From positions 16,199 to 80,198 of the forward strand of contig JAVJTC010000038.1 in the NCBI GenBank assembly GCA_040219085.1: a stretch of DNA of 64,000 bases. Reading direction: 5' to 3'. A program made the position numbers and the translations under genes. The stretch's first letter is position 1, and the number at the start of each line of letters is the position of its first letter. Below the pieces are notes generated by a model. It saw only the letters and a program-made list of their open reading frames with translations. It was not told where the DNA came from and did not search any database. Of this stretch, positions 50,420-58,117 are shown in pieces. Source of the stretch: Acidimicrobiales bacterium. Lineage in GTDB: Bacteria > Actinomycetota > Acidimicrobiia > Acidimicrobiales > JAVJTC01.

Positions 50420-52617
50420 TGGTTTCCCTCCGTTTTCGCTGATGAGACAGGGCTCGTTCCATCGGGTCTCGTGATGGTCACGAGCGCATCGAGCGCTTCG
50501 ATCCGGCCACCGTCGACGGCCAACGGGTTGACCTCCAGGGCCTCCAGGTCGTCGCCGAGGGCGAGCGCGGCGTCTGCCAGCGAGAGGACCACTTCGATGA
50601 GGCGCTGTCGGTCGGCGGCCGGTCGACCGCGGACACCTTCGAGAACCGTCGCATTGGTGAGTTCGGCGAGCATCTCGTCGACATCGGCGGCGCCGACGGG
50701 AAGCCTTCGCAGTGAGGTGTCCGCCTGGATCTCGGTCAGCACCCCTCCGAAACCGACGGCGAGGATCGGTCCCCACGCTTCTGTGCGGGCAACGCCGACG
50801 ATCAGTTCCACGGCCGGCGGTCGAAAGGGTGCGACCAGGAAGCCATCGGGCGACAGATGGCGCACGCCGTGAGCAATGCGCTCGCACGCGTTTCGCACGT
50901 CGTCTTCGGTCCTGAGGTCGAGCTCCACGGCTCCGAGTTCCGTTTTGTGGGCCAGCGCTGCGCCGTTCGCCTTCACGACGACGGGGAAACCCATGGAGCT
51001 AGCTGCCGCGACTGCAGCATCGGCGTCGAGTGCGTGTGCCGCAGGCACGACGGGAACGCCGAATGACGCGACGTGGTCCCTGGCACGGGCCTCGCTCCAG
51101 GAGCCGACGGGCTTGCTGACCTGGTCGTCCGGCTGAGCACTGCTCGGCGTGGCCTCCGTGCCGTGGTCGAGGCGCGCCGACCACCAAGCGGCCCGTCCGA
51201 TCGCTGCGATCACCTGTTCCATCCCGCCGGGATGGCAGCAATCTCCGCCGTCTCCGAGGTGGTCACGTCCCGACGGCAGCTCGGAGCTGAGGTTGCCGAT
51301 GAGGAGCGCAGGCTTGGGGAGCGAACTGATGGTGGAGACGATTTGCCGGAAGCCTTCGGTGACTCCTGCCTCGCTGGTCGGGACGTCGTACTGGACGATG
51401 ATGACGTCGGCATCCTCCAGCCCACCCAGGGTGGTGATCACCTGGGTGAAGATCGACGGGTCCGACACGGCGGCCCCGGTGACGTCGAGAGGGTTGTTGA
51501 CTGCCCCGAAGTCGGCGAGCACTGAGCGAAGAGATGCTTCAGTGCCTTCCGTGAAGGGGTGCAGATCGAGTCCGGCGTCTGTCGCCCTGTCGGCGATGAT
51601 GTCGCAGCCTCCGCCGGAGATGCCCGCAACGACGAGTCGGTTGCCGCCCAGGGCGCCCGTGCGGATCATGACGTCGGCTGTGTTGACGAGCTCCTCGAGC
51701 GAGTTCACCCGGATGGCGCCGTACTGGCGGAGCACCGCGTCGATCACCCGATCGTCGCCGACGAAGGCCCCGGTGTGTGCGGCGGCGACGCGGGCGGTGA
51801 CTTCGTGCCGCCCAGCCTTGAGCACGATCACCGGTTTCGATCGGGCCCGAGCCGCCTCCAGTGCCTCCACGAACTCGCTCGGTCGGCGGATCGCCTCGAG
51901 AAATACGCCGATCGCCCGGGTGTCCTCGTCCTCCGCGAGATAGGTGAGTACGTCAGCGGCGTCGAGGACCGCCTCGTTCCCGACGCTGATGACCTTGCTG
52001 ATGCCGATTCCGTGGTTCTGGCAGTAGCCCAACATGGAGCCGTTGAGTGCCCCACTCTGGGAGACGAGGCTGAGGTGGCCCTGCCGGGGTGGCTCGGACA
52101 GAGTGCTCGGATGGACGTTGATCCCGCCGTACGTGTTGAGGAAGCCGAGGGTGTTCGGTCCGAGGATCGCGAGGTCGTTGTCGATGGCGAGGCGGGCGAC
52201 GGCGTCCTGGGCCGATCTCCCTTCGGCCCCCGTCTCGGCGAATCCGGCGCTGAAAACGACGGCATTGCGCACGCCGGCGGCGATTGCGTCTTCGATGGTC
52301 GACAGGACGGCCGCGCCCGGCACGGAGACCACTGCCAGGTCCACGGGCGAATCCAGGTCCGTGAGCCGAGGCTTCGCCATCTTGCCGAACACCTCGCCGC
52401 CCCGGCCATTGACGAGCTCGACGTTGCCCCCGAACTGTCCGATCTCGATCGCGTGGAGGATGATGCCGGTCCAGGCCGACCGCTCGGACGCGCCGACCAG
52501 TGCGATCGACGCCGGGCTGAACATCTCCTGTAGCCGTTGCGGAGACCAGCGGCCGTGCGCGGTGTGGGCTGCTCGCCTGACCGAGTTCGGATCTGCCGCC
52601 GGTGTGTACTGTGGCAC
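50416..52617 (-). CDS. ADP-forming acyl-CoA synthetase (CoA-binding plus ATP-grasp fusion, acetate--CoA ligase family)
   Basis: GTG at 52617 follows GAAAGGG. IALVGASERS and ILGPNTLGF. The C-terminal ATP-grasp has FPVVVKA. The stop overlaps the NMO start (ATGA). Confidence 0.8.
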   Translation of the reverse strand: MPQYTPAADPNSVRRAAHTAHGRWSPQRLQEMFSPASIALVGASERSAWTGIILHAIEIGQFGGNVELVNGRGGEVFGKMAKPRLTDLDSPVDLAVVSVPGAAVLSTIEDAIAAGVRNAVVFSAGFAETGAEGRSAQDAVARLAIDNDLAILGPNTLGFLNTYGGINVHPSTLSEPPRQGHLSLVSQSGALNGSMLGYCQNHGIGISKVISVGNEAVLDAADVLTYLAEDEDTRAIGVFLEAIRRPSEFVEALEAARARSKPVIVLKAGRHEVTARVAAAHTGAFVGDDRVIDAVLRQYGAIRVNSLEELVNTADVMIRTGALGGNRLVVAGISGGGCDIIADRATDAGLDLHPFTEGTEASLRSVLADFGAVNNPLDVTGAAVSDPSIFTQVITTLGGLEDADVIIVQYDVPTSEAGVTEGFRQIVSTISSLPKPALLIGNLSSELPSGRDHLGDGGDCCHPGGMEQVIAAIGRAAWWSARLDHGTEATPSSAQPDDQVSKPVGSWSEARARDHVASFGVPVVPAAHALDADAAVAAASSMGFPVVVKANGAALAHKTELGAVELDLRTEDDVRNACERIAHGVRHLSPDGFLVAPFRPPAVELIVGVARTEAWGPILAVGFGGVLTEIQADTSLRRLPVGAADVDEMLAELTNATVLEGVRGRPAADRQRLIEVVLSLADAALALGDDLEALEVNPLAVDGGRIEALDALVTITRPDGTSPVSSAKTEGNQ

Positions 52618-52790
52618 CAAGGCGCCCTTTCGCTCGAGGCCTACTCGACGTGAGTACTTACTCTTTAACGTTAGATCCAGCCCCTTAGCACTACCAGAGG
52701 GGCGGTTCCCAGGCAACCGTCCGCAGCCGGACAGTTGCAGATCGCGGTTGTCCTGGGCCGGACGGCGAGCCGCCGGGCGCGTGCTTGCAT

Positions 52791-52813
52791 AGATTGAACG
52801 TCCAACGTAAGAT
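52791..52813. promoter_or_regulatory. Operator-like inverted repeat, site D: AGATTGAACG-TCCAA-CGTAAGAT, overlapping a putative promoter
   Basis: TTGCAT (52785-52790), then 17 nt, then TAAGAT (52808-52813). The repeat fills the spacer and the -10. About 95 nt upstream of the BVMO start. A weaker related site lies at 52656-52676. Confidence 0.55.
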
Positions 52814-52909
52814 CGTGTAGGTTGAGCTGAACGAGCCGCAGTGGCTTCGTCGCCGAGGGGGAAGTGCCGGCGACCAGCGTCGCCGGCAACGAAACGAGGG
52901 GGTTCGAGA

Positions 52910-54535
52910 ATGTCGCAGGGCAGTTCTGACACTGACGTCGACGCGGTCGTGATCGGCGCCGGCTTCGGAGGCCTGTACATGCTGTACAAGCTCCGCGAGC
53001 TCGGGCTGTCGACCCAGGTGTTCGAGGCGGGTGATGGTGTCGGGGGGACCTGGTACTGGAATCGCTACCCGGGGGCACGCTGCGACGTAGAGAGTCTGGC
53101 GTACTCGTATTCGTTCGACCCCGAGCTCGAGCAGGACTGGGAGTGGTCGGAGCGCTACCCGGCCCAGCCCGAGATCGAGAAGTACCTCAACCATGTGGCG
53201 GATCGCTACGACCTGCGTCGTGACATAGCTCTCGAGACGAGGGTGACGGCCGCGACCTTCGACGAGGACACGACCTCGTGGACCATCGAGACCGACACCG
53301 GTCGGTCCGTGACGTGTCGCTGGTTGATCACGGCGGTGGGCTGTCTGTCCAAGCCGAAGGAAATCGACATCGAGGGCAAGGGGTCGTTCGCGGGGCCGAC
53401 CTATCACACGCCGTCATGGCCGAAGGACGGGGTGGACTTCTCGGGCAAGCGGGTGGCTGTCATCGGAACGGGATCGACCGGTATCCAGGTGATCCCGGAG
53501 ATCGCGAAGCAGGCGGAACACCTCACCGTGTTCCAGCGGACGCCAAACTTCTCGCTCCCGGCGCAGAATCGAGACCTCACCGGCGACGAGATCGAGGAGT
53601 TCAAGGCGGACTACCGCCACTTCCGCGAAGAACAGCGTGCGTCGGCCTACGGCGTGCCGGCGCCGCCACCGGAACCATCCGCGCTGGCGGTGGCCGCCGA
53701 GGAACGCAACCGCAAGTATCAACAGGCCTGGGACAAGGGGGGATTCGCCGAGTTCTTCCCGTACGCCGACCTGCTCACAGACATTGAGGCGAACGAGACG
53801 GTGGCGCAGTTCGTCCGAGACAAGATCGCCGGGATCGTCGATGACCCGGAACTGGCCGCCAAGCTGGCGCCAACCGACTACGCGTTCGGTACGAAGCGAC
53901 CGTGCCTGGACACCAGGTACTTCGAGACGTACAACCGCGACAACGTCACGCTCGTGGACCTGCGGGAGACTCCTCTCGAGCGCATAACCGGGAAGGGCAT
54001 CGAGACCTCTGACCGGTCGTACGAGGTCGACGCGATCGTCTTCGCCACGGGCTTCGACGCCATGGTCGGAGCGCTGAACGCGATCGACATCCGTGGCCGC
54101 GGCGGTGCGTTGTTGCGCGACGAGTGGAAGAACGGTCCCGTCACCTATCTCGGGTTGTCCGTCGCCGGCTTCCCGAACATGTTCACGATCACCGGCCCAC
54201 TGAGTCCTTCAGTGTTCTCGAACATGATCGTGTCCATCGAGCAGCACGTCGAGTGGATCGCCGACTGTGTCGCCTACGTCGACAAGGCCGGCGAGGCGGG
54301 CATCGAGGCCACCTCCACTGCTCAGGACGACTGGGTCAGCCACGTGTCCGAACTGGCCGACATGACTCTGTTCCCACAGACAGATTCGTGGTACGTGGGA
54401 GCCAACGTCCCCGGCAAGCCTCGAGTGTTCATGCCCTATGTGGGAGGCGTCGGCTTCTACCGGGAGACGTGCGACGAGATCGTTCGAGACGACTACCGGG
54501 GTTTCGACCTGATCAGCGCGCCGCAGGAAGCATGA
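52910..54535 (+). CDS. Baeyer-Villiger monooxygenase (cyclohexanone monooxygenase type, class B flavoprotein)
   Basis: SD GAGGGGG. DAVVIGAGFGGLYMLYKL, GGTWYWNRYPGARCDVES and the second Rossmann VAVIGTGSTG. Confidence 0.9.
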   Translation: MSQGSSDTDVDAVVIGAGFGGLYMLYKLRELGLSTQVFEAGDGVGGTWYWNRYPGARCDVESLAYSYSFDPELEQDWEWSERYPAQPEIEKYLNHVADRYDLRRDIALETRVTAATFDEDTTSWTIETDTGRSVTCRWLITAVGCLSKPKEIDIEGKGSFAGPTYHTPSWPKDGVDFSGKRVAVIGTGSTGIQVIPEIAKQAEHLTVFQRTPNFSLPAQNRDLTGDEIEEFKADYRHFREEQRASAYGVPAPPPEPSALAVAAEERNRKYQQAWDKGGFAEFFPYADLLTDIEANETVAQFVRDKIAGIVDDPELAAKLAPTDYAFGTKRPCLDTRYFETYNRDNVTLVDLRETPLERITGKGIETSDRSYEVDAIVFATGFDAMVGALNAIDIRGRGGALLRDEWKNGPVTYLGLSVAGFPNMFTITGPLSPSVFSNMIVSIEQHVEWIADCVAYVDKAGEAGIEATSTAQDDWVSHVSELADMTLFPQTDSWYVGANVPGKPRVFMPYVGGVGFYRETCDEIVRDDYRGFDLISAPQEA

Positions 54536-54569
54536 TGGCGCAGCCGACGAAGACGAAAGCGCCCGTGCG

Positions 54570-57332
54570 ATGAGGGATCTCCTCCAGTTCGCCCTTCTCG
54601 GCCTCGGTCTCGGCTCGCTCTATTCGCTCGCGTCCCAAGGCCTGATGGTCATCTACCGGGGTTCGGGTGTGCTGAACTTCGCACACGGAGCGATTGGGAT
54701 GTTCGGTGCCTACGCGGCATGGGAGGTCCGAACGGAGAACAACTACACCTGGTCTCCTTTTCCGGGCGAGCACCCGTTCCTGTTGTCCCTCGTAGTAGGG
54801 GTCGGCGTCTCGGCGGCGCTCGGGGCGCTGTCCCACCTGCTCGTGATGCGTCAGCTCAGCAGGGCGGCGCCGCTCGCACGTGTGGTGGCGACTCTCGGGA
54901 TACTCGTCACGCTCCAGGCCGCCGCCGTCATCCGGTACTCGTCCACTGTCGAGTTCCCGCGGGTGGAGCTGCCGACCAACCCCGTGTCGTTCTGGGACAT
55001 CTCGATCTCCGTGGACCGGTTCATCCTCGTGGGTATCGCAATCGTGTTGACGCTCGGCCTGTGGGCCTTGTACCGCTTCACGATTTTCGGTCTGGCGACC
55101 TCGGCGGTAGCGGAGAACCAGCGGGCGGCTTCGTCGATCGGGCTCTCCTCGGACAAGGTCGCGACGATCAACTGGGCTCTCGGCTCGGCGCTCGCCGGGT
55201 TGGCAGCCGTTCTGGTCTCGCCGATCATCACGTTGTCGGTCTCGGGCATGACCAACGTGGTCCTCGCAGCCCTCGCGGCGGCGCTGGTGGCCGAGTTCCG
55301 CTCGTTCCCGATCGCGCTCGGAGCCGGCATGGCGATCGGGGTCGGCGAGAGCTGGCTGATTCGCTACGTGGATCAACCTGGTGTCCCGAAATCCCTGCCG
55401 TTCGCCGTGATCGTGCTCGTCCTTCTCGTCCGTGGCCGGGCACTCCCGGTGCGGGGACACTTTCTGCAGCGACTCCCCCGTGTAGGTACCGGGCGGGTCA
55501 ACTGGGTCGGCCTGCTGATCGGAGTGGGCGGTGCGGTGGCGCTGACGATCACGGTCCCGCTCGTCTGGCAGGACTCGCTCGTGGTCACCTTCGCCACGGC
55601 CATCGTGCTGTTGTCGATCGTGGTGCTCACCGGTTTCGCGGGCCAGCTCTCGCTCGGGCAGTTCGCCATAGCCGGTTTCGGCGCATGGGTCGCCGGGCGG
55701 CTCGTCGACACTCAGGGATGGCCGTTCCTTCTTGCGCTCCTTGTGGGTGTCCTCGCCGCCGTTCCACTCGGTGCGCTCTTCGCTCTCCCGGCGGTACGTG
55801 CCCGGGGCATCAACCTGGCAGTGTTGACGCTGGGTCTCGGCGCTGCGCTCGAGCTCATGCTGTTCAAGAACGCGAGCTACACGGGCGGTTTCCTGGGGAC
55901 CGTCGTCGGTCGGCCGTCCTTCTTCGGCTGGGATATCACGGCTACCACCCACCCCGGTCGGTACGCGCTCGTGTGTCTCGGGCTCCTGGTCGTCCTGACA
56001 CTGGGTGTGGCGAACATGCGGCGCGGCCGTTCCGGCCGTCGCCTCATCGCGGTACGGACGAACGAGCGGGCTGCGGCTGCACTCGGCATCAATGTCGTCG
56101 GGGCCAAGCTCTACGCCTTCAGCCTGTCGGCGGGGATCGCTGCGGTCGGGGGGGTCATGTTGGCCTTCCGCAAGGACACGATCACCTTCGGCAGCGAGTT
56201 CGCCAATCTCACGTCCATCACCTTCGTTGGATGGGCTTTCGTCGGCGGTATCGGATTCCTATTCGGCCCGGTTCTCGGCTCGACGTTGACCGCGGGGGGG
56301 ATCGGAACGCGGATATCGGACGCGTTGTTCTCCTCGATATCGGGGTATGTGCAGCTCATCGGCGGTGTCACTGTCATCTTCCTGGTGCTCTTCCACCAGA
56401 ATGGATTGGCGAGCGACTTCGGTGAGCTGGTCAATGCGGTGGGCAGAAGGCTTCGCAGGGCCATCCGTGGTCGTTCCGGTCCCGAGGTCAGGTCTCCGGC
56501 TATCGACCTGTCCGACGCCCGCCGTGAGCCGGTCGAGCCGAAGACGCTGGTCGTGCGGGATCTCACGGTCCGCTATGGCGCGGTCGTGGCGGTCGACAAC
56601 GTCTCTTTCAGCGTCGAGCCGGGACAGGTCGTCGGCCTGATCGGCCCGAACGGTGCTGGCAAGACGTCGGCGATCGACGCGATCACCGGGTTCACCAAGG
56701 CGACCGGGGACGTATTGCTCGGCGACGAGGACGTCCGACGCCTCGGCGCAGCGCGACGGTCGCGGGTGGGCCTGTCGCGGTCGTTCCAATCACTCGAGTT
56801 GTTCGAGGACTCCACGGTGTTGGACAACCTCCGAGCGGCTTCGGATCCCCGCGACGGACTGTCCTACCTGCGGGATCTCGTGTATCCGGTCAACCCCCCG
56901 CTCCCCGGGCAGGTCCTGGCGGCCATCACCGAGTTCGAGCTCGGCGACGACCTGAATCGCAACGTCGAAGATCTCAGCTATGGCCAGCGACGCCTGCTCG
57001 CCGTCGCGCGAGCTGTGGCGACGAATCCGAGCGTGTTGCTCCTCGATGAGCCAACCGCCGGGCTGGGTGAGGCCCAGACGGCTGAGTTCGCCCACCTCCT
57101 GCGCCGACTCGTGAACGAATGGGGGATCGGCGTGCTGCTCGTGGAGCACGACATGAGTTTCGTCATGGATGTCTGCGACTACATCCATGTCCTCGACTTC
57201 GGACGCAAGATCGCCGAGGGGACCCCGACTGAGGTCCAACAGGATCCCCGTGTGATCTCTGCGTATCTCGGTGAGCCCGAAGAGGACGCCGAGTCGACCG
57301 ATATCACGACAGCGTCGGCGGTCAGGTCATGA
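54570..57332 (+). CDS. Fused Liv-type ABC permease-permease-ATPase (LivH-LivM-LivG in one 920-aa polypeptide)
   Basis: N-terminal LivH-like (SLASQGLMVIYRGSGVLNFAHG), central LivM-like (LTGFAGQLSLGQFAIAGFGAW), and C-terminal NBD (GPNGAGKTS, LSYGQRRLLAVARA, LLLDEPTAG). Confidence 0.8.
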   Translation: MRDLLQFALLGLGLGSLYSLASQGLMVIYRGSGVLNFAHGAIGMFGAYAAWEVRTENNYTWSPFPGEHPFLLSLVVGVGVSAALGALSHLLVMRQLSRAAPLARVVATLGILVTLQAAAVIRYSSTVEFPRVELPTNPVSFWDISISVDRFILVGIAIVLTLGLWALYRFTIFGLATSAVAENQRAASSIGLSSDKVATINWALGSALAGLAAVLVSPIITLSVSGMTNVVLAALAAALVAEFRSFPIALGAGMAIGVGESWLIRYVDQPGVPKSLPFAVIVLVLLVRGRALPVRGHFLQRLPRVGTGRVNWVGLLIGVGGAVALTITVPLVWQDSLVVTFATAIVLLSIVVLTGFAGQLSLGQFAIAGFGAWVAGRLVDTQGWPFLLALLVGVLAAVPLGALFALPAVRARGINLAVLTLGLGAALELMLFKNASYTGGFLGTVVGRPSFFGWDITATTHPGRYALVCLGLLVVLTLGVANMRRGRSGRRLIAVRTNERAAAALGINVVGAKLYAFSLSAGIAAVGGVMLAFRKDTITFGSEFANLTSITFVGWAFVGGIGFLFGPVLGSTLTAGGIGTRISDALFSSISGYVQLIGGVTVIFLVLFHQNGLASDFGELVNAVGRRLRRAIRGRSGPEVRSPAIDLSDARREPVEPKTLVVRDLTVRYGAVVAVDNVSFSVEPGQVVGLIGPNGAGKTSAIDAITGFTKATGDVLLGDEDVRRLGAARRSRVGLSRSFQSLELFEDSTVLDNLRAASDPRDGLSYLRDLVYPVNPPLPGQVLAAITEFELGDDLNRNVEDLSYGQRRLLAVARAVATNPSVLLLDEPTAGLGEAQTAEFAHLLRRLVNEWGIGVLLVEHDMSFVMDVCDYIHVLDFGRKIAEGTPTEVQQDPRVISAYLGEPEEDAESTDITTASAVRS

Positions 57333-58117
57333 CTACGACAGCGAGCGCTGCGAACACCCAAGATTCACCCGGACCGGGTCAAGCGAGGCCCGTCCTGGAT
57401 GCACGCGGAATCACTGCTGGGTACGGCTCCGAGCCGGTCATCCATGAGATCAGTCTCGAGGTCCGTCCGGGTGAGGTGGTCGCCCTTCTCGGCGCCAATG
57501 GCGCCGGCAAGACCACGACGCTCTTGGCCCTGTCCGGGGAGCTACCCACGATGGCGGGCGAGGTACGTCTCCACGACGAGGTCACCTCTGCGCCACTGTT
57601 CCAACGTGCCCGCGCCGGGATGGCTTACGTGACCGAAGAGAAGTCGGTCTTCATGAGTCTCACCACCCGCCAGAATCTCAAGATCGCGGACGTGGACCTC
57701 GACACCGCCATGGAGTTGTTTCCCGAGCTCGAAAAGCGTATCGACCTCAAAGGCGGGCAGCTTTCGGGCGGTGAGCAACAGATGCTCAGCGTCGCAAGGG
57801 CGCTGTGTCGCAACCCGAAGGTGTTGTTGGCCGACGAGCTGTCGTTGGGCCTCGCGCCGCTGATCGTCAAGCGGCTCCTCGAGGCCGTACGCGCCGCGGC
57901 GGACAACCACGCCACCGGCGTCTTGTTGGTCGAGCAGCACGTCCAGCAGGCCTTGAAGTACGCGGATCGGGCTTACATCCTGCGCCAGGGGCGCGTCGTG
58001 CTGGAAGGAACCGCCATCGAGTTGCGCGGCCGCATCAAGGAGATCGAGTCCAGCTATCTCGCTTCGGGAGCACGGCAGTCAGATGAAGTCGTGAACAGCG
58101 AGGAGACGGGCCAGTGA
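57329..58117 (+). CDS. Liv-type ABC ATP-binding protein (LivF-like)
   Basis: ATGA overlap with the upstream gene. GANGAGKTT, LSGGEQQML and LLADELSLGL. Confidence 0.85.
   Translation: MTTTASAANTQDSPGPGQARPVLDARGITAGYGSEPVIHEISLEVRPGEVVALLGANGAGKTTTLLALSGELPTMAGEVRLHDEVTSAPLFQRARAGMAYVTEEKSVFMSLTTRQNLKIADVDLDTAMELFPELEKRIDLKGGQLSGGEQQMLSVARALCRNPKVLLADELSLGLAPLIVKRLLEAVRAAADNHATGVLLVEQHVQQALKYADRAYILRQGRVVLEGTAIELRGRIKEIESSYLASGARQSDEVVNSEETGQ

Noticed and set aside
50416-52989. Full 857-aa ORF as the acyl-CoA synthetase, plus similar long N-terminal extensions at 5185..6633, 31737..32963, 49313..50887 and 23244..24563
   Set aside because: Homology-like sequence begins at internal starts that have SD motifs or start/stop overlaps. 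The extensions are low-complexity and run across intergenic operator or promoter DNA.
54513-55952. 479-aa ORF on the minus strand
   Set aside because: It lies antisense to the LivH/LivM-like permease. Its Arg/Glu/Pro/Gly-rich composition is typical of shadow ORFs in high-GC DNA, and it has no recognisable motif.
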